Assembly: GCA_963674865.2 (NCBI GenBank)
Contig: CAXXYE010000008.1
Location: forward strand, 564,516 to 628,515
Origin: Candidatus Hydrogenedentota bacterium
GTDB lineage: Bacteria; Hydrogenedentota; Hydrogenedentia; Hydrogenedentales; SLHB01
DNA length: 64,000 nucleotides
Direction: 5' to 3'
Both the position numbers and the translations under genes were made by a program. Each line of letters starts with the position of its first letter. Position 1 is the stretch's first letter. The notes under the pieces were generated by a model, which searched no databases, was not told the origin of the DNA, and saw only the letters and a program-made list of their open reading frames with translations. Below are positions 31,379 to 41,739 of this stretch, piece by piece.

Positions 31379-32119
31379 ATGCTGAAGAGGGAAACGGTAC
31401 ACACCGAGGACCTGCACAAGGTCTATTACATGGGCGCCGAGGAGGTGCGCGCCCTGAACGGCGTCACGGTGACGATCTACGCCGGCGAGTACGTCAGCAT
31501 CATGGGCCCGTCCGGTTCCGGGAAGAGCACCTTCTTCAACATGATCGGCGGCCTGGACAAGCCCACCTCCGGCGAGGTCTATATCGACGAAGTGGACATC
31601 TCCCAGCTCGGTATCTACGAACTCGCCTGGCTCCGCTGCCGCAAGATCGGCTACATCTTCCAGACCTTCAACCTCATCCCCGTCATGACGGCCAGCGAGA
31701 ACGTCTCCTTGCCCATGATCTTCGCCGGACTCGGCGCCGACGAGGCCCGCGATAAGGCCGCCGACCTCCTTGCCCGCGTCGGCCTTGGCGATCGCCTGAT
31801 GCACCAGCCCAACGAACTCTCCGGCGGGCAACAGCAACGCGTCGCCATCGCGCGCGCCATGGCCAACGACCCCGCCATCATCCTGGCCGACGAGCCGACG
31901 GGCAACCTAGACCTGCGCACCGGCCGCGAGATCATCGAGATCCTCACCGAACTCAAGGAACAGCGCGGCGTCACCATCATCACCGCCACCCACGACCACA
32001 AAATGCTCGCCGCCAGCGACCGCGTTATCTGGGTCGCCGACGGCCAGATCGCCCGCATCCAGGCCCGCGATGAACTCGACATCAAAGTCGGCACTATCGG
32101 CGGGGAAGAGGAGACGTAG
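31379..32119 (+). CDS. ABC transporter ATP-binding protein (LolD/MacB-like)
   Basis: GPSGSGKS, LSGGQQQRV, ILADEPTGNLD and ATHD. Confidence 0.95.
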   Translation: MLKRETVHTEDLHKVYYMGAEEVRALNGVTVTIYAGEYVSIMGPSGSGKSTFFNMIGGLDKPTSGEVYIDEVDISQLGIYELAWLRCRKIGYIFQTFNLIPVMTASENVSLPMIFAGLGADEARDKAADLLARVGLGDRLMHQPNELSGGQQQRVAIARAMANDPAIILADEPTGNLDLRTGREIIEILTELKEQRGVTIITATHDHKMLAASDRVIWVADGQIARIQARDELDIKVGTIGGEEET

Positions 32120-32202
32120 CGGCAGGTAGGCGCTATCTAGGGATTACGTTGCCCCGGCCCCGTTTCATTTGCGGTCTTGGCTGAATCCATGAGGGACGTT
32201 GT

Positions 32203-33144
32203 ATGCGCATCGGACTGGACACCTTTTCGTTTCAGCTTCAACTGGCGGCAGGAAACTACGACGTCTTTCATATGCTGGATGCCGTGCAGCGCCTTGGCAT
32301 AGCAGCCGTGCAGATTAACATTAACGGTCCTCGTGGGCGATTTCTGGGCGGTGAACCTTCCGACACTACCCATGTGCGAAAGGTCAGACGAGCCGCGGAG
32401 GGCAGGGAGATCGCGCTCGAAGTCGCCGGGGGCGGCACGGCGCCGAAGAAGCTCGATTGGCAACTGCGTTTGTCCCATGAATTGGGCGCCAAGGTATTCC
32501 GGACGACCCTTGCTTTCGACACCAGCCTCGACGTGACATTCGCCGAACGCCGCCGCGATCTGTTGGCCAGTTTGCCTTTGGCGCGGGAACTTGGCGTATG
32601 CATCGCGCTGGAAAACCACGAAGATATCACCGCCCGTGAGTTGTTGGCCTTTGTCACCGAGATCGATGAACCGAGTCTCCGGATATGCCTTGACACCGGC
32701 AATGATCTATCCCTGTACGAAGACCCTTTGGTTGGCGCCGGATTGTTGGCTCCTTTGGCCTGCACCACACATATCAAAGATCAGAAATTGATCCGCGTAG
32801 GTGGAGAGGTCTATAGCGTCGGTGTTCCCCTTGGCACAGGCGATGTGGATTTGCCGGCCATCGTGTCCGTCCTGGAGCGCCAGAGCACCTTGGGGCGCAT
32901 CATGATTCAAGACACCACCGGGTATGCCTCGCCGCTTAATCCCTTCAACCGGCCGGATGTCGTCCCTCGTGAATCCTATGACGGTGTGCCGGCCTATGGC
33001 TCGAAAGAAGAGGCCTATGAAGACGGGTTTCTGCTCGACGTGAAGACGCTTCCCCCCGCGAAGGTGAGCGAACAGGCTGCGATGCAAGATCTGCGTATCC
33101 AACAGGACATTGCTTACGTACAGGGGCTGTGTAATTCGGGATGA
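32203..33144 (+). CDS. Sugar phosphate isomerase/epimerase (xylose isomerase-like TIM barrel)
   Basis: IALENH, CLDTGN, THIKD and LGTGDVD. Confidence 0.85.
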   Translation: MRIGLDTFSFQLQLAAGNYDVFHMLDAVQRLGIAAVQININGPRGRFLGGEPSDTTHVRKVRRAAEGREIALEVAGGGTAPKKLDWQLRLSHELGAKVFRTTLAFDTSLDVTFAERRRDLLASLPLARELGVCIALENHEDITARELLAFVTEIDEPSLRICLDTGNDLSLYEDPLVGAGLLAPLACTTHIKDQKLIRVGGEVYSVGVPLGTGDVDLPAIVSVLERQSTLGRIMIQDTTGYASPLNPFNRPDVVPRESYDGVPAYGSKEEAYEDGFLLDVKTLPPAKVSEQAAMQDLRIQQDIAYVQGLCNSG

Positions 33145-33147
33145 CTC

Positions 33148-33218
33148 CGCCCGTATCCAGGCCCGCGATGGACTCGCTATCAAAGTCGGGGCCATCGGCG
33201 GGGAAGAAGAGACGTAGC
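33148..33218 (+). repeat. Diverged duplicate of the 3' end of the ABC ATPase gene (32050-32120)
   Basis: 71 bp, 63/71 identical by manual alignment, includes the stop codon. Confidence 0.9.
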
Positions 33219-33334
33219 TGGCGACCTCCCCCGGGATAAGCGTCTGCCTGGAACAGGTATTGTGTCCCCTTGGTTCCCCGGCGTTTGCGCTACGAGGTCG
33301 TGAGTTCGTAGTACAAGAGCAACAAAAGAATGCT

Positions 33335-33781
33335 TTAGGACGGAGATTCACAGAGCTTCGCGAGGCTCGCGAGATTCCGCTTCAACTCCGCCACATACGA
33401 CTTGCGCAGCGATCGTCCGGCGACCAGACTAATCCACCGTAATAGGCCCAGGTATTGGAAGCGTGCCACTTGCGTGAGTTCGGTGCGGCCATCCAAGTCG
33501 CTCAAGATGTAATCGACCTCGACCTTGAACCGATCGCCTGCCAGCTTTAGGCCGAGCTGCGAATGTGGCGAATACGTTGTGATACGGCCTGTCAGTTCCG
33601 TCAGATATCCTTTGTCGTCCCAGACTTGGCGTACGCGCGTGCCAACCTTGTCGTCGGTCTCGTCCAGACGTTCGTATTCCGCCAGATGGGCCAGCCACTG
33701 CATGACGCACTCCGGTTCATCAATCCAGCGGAAGACGCGCTCTATCGGCGCCGCAATCTCTACCGTGTATTCAGCTCGCAT
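33335..33781 (-). CDS. SRPBCC family protein
   Basis: TVEIAAPIERVFRWIDEPE...W; C-terminal helix NLASLAKLCE. Confidence 0.8.
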   Translation of the reverse strand: MRAEYTVEIAAPIERVFRWIDEPECVMQWLAHLAEYERLDETDDKVGTRVRQVWDDKGYLTELTGRITTYSPHSQLGLKLAGDRFKVEVDYILSDLDGRTELTQVARFQYLGLLRWISLVAGRSLRKSYVAELKRNLASLAKLCESPS

Positions 33782-34060
33782 GCCACCATCCCCCCAAACG
33801 CCTACTGCACGGGCTTTTAATCGATTGTATCTCTCCTTCCGGGTGCAATCAACCGGTTTTTGAGTCCGGTGGCCGAGTTGCCCTCGGCCCCGATTGGCTG
33901 AAGAGGGAAGGGGTTTTCTGCGCACCTTTGCGTCCTTCGCGTCTTTGCGTTAGGGAGTTCTAAACGCAGAGTCGCCGAGCACGCCGAGCAACGCTGAGAG
34001 AAAAGCCGGGGGAATTGAGGAGACGCTATGCTCAGTTCCGCCCCTTAATTTCTTCTCAGT

Positions 34061-36163
34061 TCATTGTGCCTTGCCGGAGCCTTCCATGATCCACGCCAGG
34101 TTGAACGCGTAGTGCTGATAGCTGCTGATCACGTGGATGACCCCGTCATAGCCCTGGCATCCGGCGAGATAACCTCTCGGCTCGGCGGACACGTCGCTGA
34201 GCGTGAAGGGGCGGTTGTCCGACGTGCCGGATTCCCGCGGCGGGCCGCCCGGTGTGACAAGGCGCATCACGGGCCAGGTCTCGGCCTCGTCGAAGCTCAG
34301 CGCAACGAACATCCCCGAGCACACGTTTGTTCGGGCGGACCCGTCAATCATCTCGACCTCTTCCGCGAACGAGACGAGCATGATGGGGCCTTCTTCGAGC
34401 CGGAGCAGTACGAGGCGCTGCCCGCCGCCGACCGGTTGGAAAGGACTTGGGGCGTAGGTCCACGTTCGGCCTTGATCCGCTGAATAGCTTGCGGGCATTT
34501 GGTCGTCGATGTCGTTGCCGCGTCCGAGGCCGAAGAGCCGGCCGTCCCTCAGCTCGACCACGCCTCCATGGATGCCTCGGATGACGCCGCCTGAATCAGC
34601 CCAGCTCGCACCGTTGTCGCGGCTGGTGAGTAGCGAGGTGCCGCCAACGGCGTTGGCATCGCAGGCGACCATAAGCGCGCCGTCGCGCGTGCGTATGACG
34701 GGCTCGGACATCTGGTGGCGCAGGCCGTGCTCCGGGTCGATGAGCCGGGCTTTCGACCATGTCGCGCCGCTGTCGGCCGACGCGCGCATGACCGCGGCCA
34801 GGTTGCCCCATGTGGCTGCCGCGGACAGCCCCACGAATTGGTAGAGGATACCGGCCTCCTTGTCCACCCACAAGGAAGGCGCATGCAGATTGCGGTCGGG
34901 CGCAAGCCAGAAGAGCGAGGCCGGGGCCCATTCCTCCTGACCTCGCCGCAACCGGCCTGCCGCGAGGCACAGTTCGCGGCCGCGCTCGCGGTTGGTCGTG
35001 TACCAAATGGCAAGCAAATCGCCGTTGGGACAAGGCGCGATGCCCGGGTCGTGGTTGTGGTCAATGAAGAGGGGCCCGTGTGCATCTTCATCAATTTTCA
35101 CAAAGATTCGTGGACCTTTGAAGTACGGTTCCGCGGGGTCGGGACCTTCCGTGAGGTCCGGGGGGCTGACGGCGCTCACGTTCCGTTGATTCGCGGGCGG
35201 TTCAGCCGGCGGCAAAGGCGCGGTGTCGGGCATGGGGCCAATCACCACGCGGAATCCGATGAGCCAGGAGCGGTCCTCGGGCAGCGTGCCCATGCGGTTG
35301 GCCGAACGAAGGTAGTAGCGCTCCGTCGAGTGGCTGCCGCCGCGTGTGACACGGAAGTCCCCGTGGGCGCGTCCAACCGGATCTGTTTGTCCACCCCCGG
35401 CGTAGGGGCCATACCAGTCCAGGCACCACTCCTCGACGTTTCCGTGCATATCGCAGAGGCCCCAGCCGTTGGGCGGCGTCTGTCCCACCGTCAGCAGCAC
35501 GATATCGTCCTTATACCGGCGCTCGGGATAGCGGGACCTCTCCGTGATGCGCGCGGGGTCCGGGTCGGGGTACCAGGATTCAAACACATTCTTGTCAAAG
35601 ACCTCTGGAAGCGCATCGCCGGTGTAGAAAGCGCTGTCCGTGCCGGCCCGGCAGGCGTATTCCCACTCGGCCTCGGTGGGGAGACGGTAGGGCAGGCCTT
35701 CCTTCTCGGCGAGCCATTTGCAGAAGGCCTCGGCGTCGTGCCATGAGATGAAGACGGCGGCCTCGTCGTCCATGCAGGAAAAGCCGAGTTTCCCGCGGAA
35801 CGCACCATGGGTGAAGTCGAACGCCTCGAATTGCTCGTTGGTGACCTCCGTCACCGCCACATAGAACGGCTGCGTGATCGTAACTTCGTGGGCGGGATGC
35901 TCGTCGAAATCACCGTGAAGGCGGTGCGCGAGAGGGCCCTTATTCTCATTGACCATGCTGATGGTCAGCGCATCGGGCAGCACGCGGTCCTCGGGCGTGC
36001 CCATCACGAACGTCCCCGGCTCGACGCGCACGAATCGCATCCCAATGGAATTGGTGAACTCGCTTTGCGCCAGGTCCTCCCAGGCCTCGCCACTGGCCGC
36101 GAAAGCGAGCAACGCCGACAGGAGTGAGATCATGAGTGCTGCGATGCATGAAGGGATTCCCAT
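34061..36163 (-). CDS. SUMF1/FGE-sulfatase domain + BNR/sialidase-like domain protein
   Basis: TEVTN, RLPTEAEWEYACRAG, DMHGNVEEW and GFRVV; Asp-box repeats SxDxGxTW; AGGAGG RBS. Confidence 0.85.
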   Translation of the reverse strand: MGIPSCIAALMISLLSALLAFAASGEAWEDLAQSEFTNSIGMRFVRVEPGTFVMGTPEDRVLPDALTISMVNENKGPLAHRLHGDFDEHPAHEVTITQPFYVAVTEVTNEQFEAFDFTHGAFRGKLGFSCMDDEAAVFISWHDAEAFCKWLAEKEGLPYRLPTEAEWEYACRAGTDSAFYTGDALPEVFDKNVFESWYPDPDPARITERSRYPERRYKDDIVLLTVGQTPPNGWGLCDMHGNVEEWCLDWYGPYAGGGQTDPVGRAHGDFRVTRGGSHSTERYYLRSANRMGTLPEDRSWLIGFRVVIGPMPDTAPLPPAEPPANQRNVSAVSPPDLTEGPDPAEPYFKGPRIFVKIDEDAHGPLFIDHNHDPGIAPCPNGDLLAIWYTTNRERGRELCLAAGRLRRGQEEWAPASLFWLAPDRNLHAPSLWVDKEAGILYQFVGLSAAATWGNLAAVMRASADSGATWSKARLIDPEHGLRHQMSEPVIRTRDGALMVACDANAVGGTSLLTSRDNGASWADSGGVIRGIHGGVVELRDGRLFGLGRGNDIDDQMPASYSADQGRTWTYAPSPFQPVGGGQRLVLLRLEEGPIMLVSFAEEVEMIDGSARTNVCSGMFVALSFDEAETWPVMRLVTPGGPPRESGTSDNRPFTLSDVSAEPRGYLAGCQGYDGVIHVISSYQHYAFNLAWIMEGSGKAQ

Positions 36164-36619
36164 TGTACGCCTCCTTGGGATTGGCCGGGCACCGAAGACT
36201 GGACGCACCCATACGGTATCTTTATCGAAACACGGCAGCAGTCGCCGCCCGCTATTCCTTCGAATCCTACTCCCAGTTTCGCGTCCTTTCAACGGCGTGC
36301 GCCCCCGCGGCGCGGCGGGCCGAGCGAGGGATGACCCGGACATAACCGTTTACTACGTCCCCTCAGCTCCCTTGAATTCCACAGGCACGGTGGATGAAAG
36401 GGCCGAGGTGCGCATAGAGGCCGAAGGGGTGGGAGTGTATGCGCGGGGAAGGTCTCCCGCGCGCCCATGAACTCATGGAGGTGTTTATGTTGAGTACCAG
36501 GACGGCTGTGGAGCCCGTTGTGAGCGTGGCGAGGAAACATCATCAGAGGAGCGCCGACGCCGGCCGCGTGTGCGCGGCGGCGGGTCGGCGAACGTGTGTC
36601 CTACACGACGGAGCACCGC

Positions 36620-36994
36620 ATGAAGCGTTTCAACGATTCAGGATCCCGAAGGGGACCTTCTATTGACCCGTTTATCTGTAAACATTGTGGCCTCAGCGTG
36701 CCGGGCGCGGCGCCTGGTACGAAGCATCGCAACCACTGCCCGGGCTGCCTCCACGGACTTCACCTGGACATCAAGCCCGGCGACCGCCTATCGCCGTGTC
36801 ACGGCCTCATGGAGCCTATCGGCATCTCCGTGCGCAAGAACGGCGAATGGGCGCTCGTGCACCGTTGCCGAAGTTGCGGCGTAGTGCGCACCAACCGCAT
36901 CGCGGGCGATGACAGCGAATGGCTCCTGCTGTCGCTTGCGGTGCGGCCGTTGGCGCAGCCGCCGTTCCCGCTGGATCGATTGGGCGTTCGATAG
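36620..36994 (+). CDS. RNHCP domain protein
   Basis: FICKHCG...HRNHCPGCL...PGDR...HRCRSCG...NRIAGDD; start uncertain (36596/36620). Confidence 0.9.
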   Translation: MKRFNDSGSRRGPSIDPFICKHCGLSVPGAAPGTKHRNHCPGCLHGLHLDIKPGDRLSPCHGLMEPIGISVRKNGEWALVHRCRSCGVVRTNRIAGDDSEWLLLSLAVRPLAQPPFPLDRLGVR

Positions 36995-37033
36995 AAGACG
37001 GCGCAGAAGGCCTCGACGTGAGGAATAGTCAAG

Positions 37034-37084
37034 GGGGCACAGTACTCAGTCCCACCCCTGATTCCAGATTGAGTATTGTGCCCC
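37034..37084. repeat. REP-like hairpin / bidirectional terminator candidate
   Basis: GGGGCACAGTACTCA...TGAGTATTGTGCCCC between convergent genes. Confidence 0.6.
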
Positions 37085-37093
37085 TCAGTTCAC

Positions 37094-38245
37094 CTAGGAT
37101 TGTACGGTGATGGAGGCAAGGTAGATGGCGCCGCAGTGCTTGTAGCGGAAGTCCGGGGCGTCCATACTCGCGTGCTCTGAGTAGTAGACGACGAGGGCGT
37201 TGCCGTGGTCCAGAGGCACGATGCCGGCATATCCCGTGTCGCCGCCGCTCGGCAGCAGGGCCTGCCGTGTCAGGGCGCTGTCTTCATAGAAGAAGACGCC
37301 GGTCCTGCGTGATGAGTCATACCACCGTTCGATGCTCTCCTGCCCTTCGTATTGTGAGCACCTGCCTATGGCGACGATGCGGCGGCCGATCTGCGCGAGG
37401 CCGGCGCCCTCAATCACGGTATCGGTGTTGACGTGCCGCCATTCGGTGTAGGGCGGCGAGGCGAACGAAGCAAGGCCGAAGTCCCGTGGATGTCGTCTGG
37501 AAAATGCCATGAGTTCGCCGGAATCAAGAAAACACAGCGCGGTCTCCGTGACGCGGTCATCGCTGATCACGGCGACCTCTCTCCAGGTGTCGGCGTCATC
37601 ACTGGCCAGGAGGTAGTTTGTGCAGACGGGCGCGTCGATGTGCGCGGCGACATAGTACCTGCCGGCAGACTTGCTTTGGCCCCAGAAGATGTACCGGTCG
37701 AGGTAGGCTTGCCTGGGCTGCTGCCATGTCTTACCGTCCTCGGTGGCAACGAAATCGGTGTGTACGGGGACGCCGGGGGCGTCGTCGCGCCACGAGGCAT
37801 GGACGTAGAGCTTGTTGTCGGCCTTGAGAAAAAACGATTCCAGGTGGTCGCCGGGAGGGCCAAAGAGCACTTGCGGCGCGGTCCAGTGCTGGAGATCGCG
37901 GGATGACGTGAGCAGGATTCTGTGGTCACGGGCGCCATGGGCGGAGCCGTTGGCAAAGCAGATGTAGTAGGTTCCACGCCATTCGGTGATGTCCGGCCAG
38001 CCGCTCCATTGGGCATCCGAATAGACTTGCCTCACCCAGTTGACCCTGACGCCCTCGCTCGACACGGCTTCCGTCACGGCTTGCGATTCCTCCCGCTGTG
38101 TATCCGGCGCGGCGCCTGCGCGATCGGCTCCGGGCGTCACGCATGAAACGGCCAGTATGCCGACGCCGGCGATGATGGCCAGGCTCGCAAAACATCTGTT
38201 GGTACGCCGCACCGGCGCCCGTTGAGCTTCCCCCGTGGATGGCAT
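37094..38245 (-). CDS. Beta-propeller sialidase-like (BNR) protein, probable lipoprotein
   Basis: LAVSC lipobox-like motif; Asp-box-like TEDGKTW and SDDADTW; LPSGGDTGYAG...YYS. Confidence 0.7.
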   Translation of the reverse strand: MPSTGEAQRAPVRRTNRCFASLAIIAGVGILAVSCVTPGADRAGAAPDTQREESQAVTEAVSSEGVRVNWVRQVYSDAQWSGWPDITEWRGTYYICFANGSAHGARDHRILLTSSRDLQHWTAPQVLFGPPGDHLESFFLKADNKLYVHASWRDDAPGVPVHTDFVATEDGKTWQQPRQAYLDRYIFWGQSKSAGRYYVAAHIDAPVCTNYLLASDDADTWREVAVISDDRVTETALCFLDSGELMAFSRRHPRDFGLASFASPPYTEWRHVNTDTVIEGAGLAQIGRRIVAIGRCSQYEGQESIERWYDSSRRTGVFFYEDSALTRQALLPSGGDTGYAGIVPLDHGNALVVYYSEHASMDAPDFRYKHCGAIYLASITVQS

Positions 38246-38429
38246 GACAACCTCCCGTTGGCCCTTGTGGCCTTTGCACAGGATACTTTAGGCAGGGGCG
38301 ACAGGCAAGAGGGTCCCCGGCTCAAAGCAGCGGGGCCTACAGTCCGGTCTCAACCGCGGCCCCTGCGAACGTCTGCCGTCAAGATCGAACCGCGGCGCCG
38401 TCGAGTTAGCCGGCCATTGCGGTATCGGT

Positions 38430-38545
38430 ATCCTCCGCCCCTTGCCGTTTCCTGCCTCTGCCGTGCGGGCTAGGCCGCACGTTTGATTCAACCTCCGGCT
38501 TCTGATTAACTCAGGAAACGCTATGGTTATTGCCATAGCGGCGAG
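38430..38545 (+). promoter_or_regulatory. Conserved upstream block, copy 1 (TTGATT-N17-TTAACT plus palindrome)
   Basis: Similar to 47598-47725; -35 at 38483, -10 at 38506; IR CGCTATGG/CCATAGCG at 38519-38540. Confidence 0.6.
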
Positions 38546-38585
38546 ATCTTGGTCCTGTTGATGGCAACTTTCTGAGGAAACGCTC

Positions 38586-40562
38586 ATGCATTTGCTTCTC
38601 TTGCTGGCCGTTTGTGTGCCCTTGGCGGCGCCCGATATCGCCCTCGTCACGGACGGCGCGCCGACGGCTGTGATTGTATTGCCAAAGGATGCCGCGCCCA
38701 TCGCCGTCTATGCGGCGGACGAGCTGGCGTATCACGTCGAGAAGGCATCGGGCGCCCGGCTCGATGTGATATCCGAGCCTCTCGATAAGCCCTTGAACAG
38801 GCCTGCGGTCTACGTGGGCGCGACGATGGCCGCGCGGGACGCCGGCCTCGGCCCGGAAGCGCTTGCGAGCGAGGATGTGTTGCTGCGTACTTGCGACGGC
38901 GACCTCTATATCGTCGGCAATGACGGCCCCGGCGATGCGTTGAGCTACAGCAACACGCACAGCGGCACGCTCTGGGGCGTCTACGAGGTCCTCGAACGGT
39001 GGCTTGGCGTGCGCTGGCTATGGCCCGGGGAACTGGGCGAGTTCATTCCGCACACGCGCACCATTGCCATTCCCCAGGTCGATGAACGGATCCTGCCCCG
39101 CTTCGTGACGAGGAATCAACGGCCCGGCTTGGGGCGCCGCGGCTTCACCGAAGGCCATGAGCGCATGTCCTTCACTCCCGAGCAGGCCGAACGCTACGCC
39201 CACGATCAGACGGTCTTCCTTCGCCGCCATCGCATGGGCCGTTCCGCGAGCAGCCACCGCGCCCAACGCCGTTTCGGTTCGGGCCACTCCTTCTCGGGAT
39301 GGTGGGAGCGCTATGGCGAGGAGCATCCGGAATGGTTTCAGATGCTGCCCGACGGCAGGCGCGGCCCCGAGGATCCGGCGCGTCCGCACCGGATTTCGAT
39401 GTGCCCGTCGTGCCCTGGACTGCACGCCAAGGTGGTGGAACTCTGGCAGGAAGAGCGCGCAAAGCACCCCGGCGAAGCGTTCAACATCGACCTCAGCGAA
39501 AACGACGGCTCCGCCCGGTGCGTCTGCGAGGCGTGTCGCGCGTGGGACGGCCCGCCGCCGGACCTGAGCGTTTTGCCGCCCGGCCTGGAGCGCTCCTACG
39601 AACCGGTTCAGGCAGGCGCCCGCTATGCCCATTTCGCCAAGGCGGTGTACCAACTCGCCTCCGCCATTGATCCGGACGTCAAAGTGACGTACTACGCCTA
39701 TGTGAATTACTTCTGGCCGCCCAATCCGCCGCTGCAAATGCATCCCAACATCGTCATCGAGTTTGTGCCGTGGTTCCGGTGGGCGGGCTGGTTTCCGCGC
39801 ACCGAGGCCGAGCAGCAATGGATCAAAGAGCAGTGGCTGGGATGGCAGCGCACCGGCGTGAGCGCCCACTATCGCCCCAATTGGTTTCTCGACGGCTACA
39901 CCATGCCGCTGGTCTACATGCACCAGTTCGCCGATGCCTTCCAGTTCTACGCGCGCTATGGCATGGTGGGAACGGATTTCGACTCGCTCCAGGGGCAGTG
40001 GGCCGCGCAGGGGCCCAACCTCTACTTGCTCTCCCGTCTTCATGTCCGCCCCGAGGCCGCCGTCGATACGCTCCTGGACGAGTACTACCGGGCCTTTGGG
40101 CCCGCGTCCGGCCTTGTGAAGGCGTACTTCACCTACTGGGAAGACTACGCCATCAAGAACAGTCCGCGCGCCGCCGACGCCATCCGCTCACGGAACGACG
40201 GCCGTTTCCGGCGCTACGCCAAATACGCGCAGGTGGCCGACGAGCTCTACCCCCTTGGGGTCTTTGTCCCGGCCGAGGCGATACTCGAACGCGCTTTGAA
40301 GGCTGCCAAGGCGGACAGCGACGCCATTTGCGCCGAGCGGGTGGTATTCCTCCAACAGGGCCTTGCCCATGCCAAGCAATGCGTGGCAACGGCGGGCGTC
40401 GTCAACGATCCGGACACGTCAATGGCGGAGAAGAAGGCCGCTATCGCGGAATTGGCGGCGCTGCGGCGTAGCCTCGAGCACACCAACATCGCCAATATGG
40501 ACCGCGCCGCCATCATCGAGGCCGACAGTTGGAAGGACATTCCCGACTTGTTCGAGCCGTAG
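38586..40562 (+). CDS. DUF4838 domain secreted protein (putative glycoside hydrolase)
   Basis: AADELAYHVEKASGA, GTLWGVYEVLERWLGVRWLWPG, HSF, YAY and LLDEYYRAFGPA. Confidence 0.8.
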   Translation: MHLLLLLAVCVPLAAPDIALVTDGAPTAVIVLPKDAAPIAVYAADELAYHVEKASGARLDVISEPLDKPLNRPAVYVGATMAARDAGLGPEALASEDVLLRTCDGDLYIVGNDGPGDALSYSNTHSGTLWGVYEVLERWLGVRWLWPGELGEFIPHTRTIAIPQVDERILPRFVTRNQRPGLGRRGFTEGHERMSFTPEQAERYAHDQTVFLRRHRMGRSASSHRAQRRFGSGHSFSGWWERYGEEHPEWFQMLPDGRRGPEDPARPHRISMCPSCPGLHAKVVELWQEERAKHPGEAFNIDLSENDGSARCVCEACRAWDGPPPDLSVLPPGLERSYEPVQAGARYAHFAKAVYQLASAIDPDVKVTYYAYVNYFWPPNPPLQMHPNIVIEFVPWFRWAGWFPRTEAEQQWIKEQWLGWQRTGVSAHYRPNWFLDGYTMPLVYMHQFADAFQFYARYGMVGTDFDSLQGQWAAQGPNLYLLSRLHVRPEAAVDTLLDEYYRAFGPASGLVKAYFTYWEDYAIKNSPRAADAIRSRNDGRFRRYAKYAQVADELYPLGVFVPAEAILERALKAAKADSDAICAERVVFLQQGLAHAKQCVATAGVVNDPDTSMAEKKAAIAELAALRRSLEHTNIANMDRAAIIEADSWKDIPDLFEP

Positions 40563-40697
40563 TCCGCGCGTCCAGGCCCGCGGCAAACGCGGTATCGGCG
40601 TTGGCTCCATCGGCGGTAAGATCGTGAATGGCAGGACGATACCTTTTGCAGTAAGAGCTTAGATGACTTGATTCGCTTGCAAGAAAGGAGAAACTAA

Positions 40698-41693
40698 GTG
40701 TCAATAAAGGAACGCCCGCGATTCTTGTTTTCGTTCGGCAAGAAGCGCCGTGAGAAGGTTGTGGATGTCCTGAATCGCCGCGTTGAACTGTGCAGCAAAC
40801 TCATGGATGCTTGGTTGCTGCTGTCCCAGATTGCCAAGGCCTACAAAGCCCCAGGAGCGAACCGCGCGATGCTGGAAGCCAGCCTACTAAAGGCCAAAGC
40901 CGATGCCTCCCGCAATCACGCCAAGCTTCTGTCTGTCATCAAAGGGGACTTCACCTGTGCCGAAGACATGAAAGAGGTCATGCTAAAGGCGCCGTCACTT
41001 GAAATCCTCAATGGCCAGTCAGAACTCGCGATTCGGCAATTCGAACGTGAGTGGAATCAGGCTTACGTGGCACTAAACGAGGTGCTTGGCTCCCTAGAGA
41101 ATAAGAGGCGGCGCGCGGAAGCCGGTGAGAAGGTGTCGCTTGAGGTGGCCGAACTCCCCCTTCCCAAGGGGACAGCGGTGGCCCAAGAAAGAAAGGAACC
41201 GAAACCGAAACCAAAACCTGCTCGATCCACTTCAGTGCGCGACTCGGGCGCTACCAAGACCTGCGGTCAGTGTGGTCAGGAGTATCTGTGGCACGCGGCG
41301 AGCCCCCGGGAATTGACGCCACTAGAGCAGATGATATGTGCCAAAGAAGGCCTTTCGTTAGAAAGGACGAAGAAGGTCACGTGTCCCTACTGCAGGACAG
41401 AATCCCTGATGCAGGAACCACAACAGGCAACGCCTTTGCCGCCGCGCCGGCCAAGGCCCAGTACGACACCCAGCAGCACGGTTCGAGGGACAGACGGTCA
41501 GTGCGCGTCGTGTGGGCGGAGCGTCGATGCATTCCAGCCGGGTACGACGAGCGTCCAGGCAATCATCAAGGGAGGCCGGCGCTGCGCTTCGTGTGGAGTC
41601 TTCTCCTGCTCCCTTTGCGCGCGAAAGGCCGCATCACAGCACGGCCAGAATTACTTCACCTGCCCTTCCTGCGGTACCGTGTGGCCGAGTTGA
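40698..41693 (+). CDS. Hypothetical protein, helical N-domain + C-terminal zinc fingers
   Basis: Six CxxC pairs; AAGGAG RBS with GTG start. Confidence 0.65.
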   Translation: MSIKERPRFLFSFGKKRREKVVDVLNRRVELCSKLMDAWLLLSQIAKAYKAPGANRAMLEASLLKAKADASRNHAKLLSVIKGDFTCAEDMKEVMLKAPSLEILNGQSELAIRQFEREWNQAYVALNEVLGSLENKRRRAEAGEKVSLEVAELPLPKGTAVAQERKEPKPKPKPARSTSVRDSGATKTCGQCGQEYLWHAASPRELTPLEQMICAKEGLSLERTKKVTCPYCRTESLMQEPQQATPLPPRRPRPSTTPSSTVRGTDGQCASCGRSVDAFQPGTTSVQAIIKGGRRCASCGVFSCSLCARKAASQHGQNYFTCPSCGTVWPS

Positions 41694-41739
41694 GCGTCTA
41701 AAACTGTCGTTACCGGAAAAAGCGCACGCTTCTGGGCCT

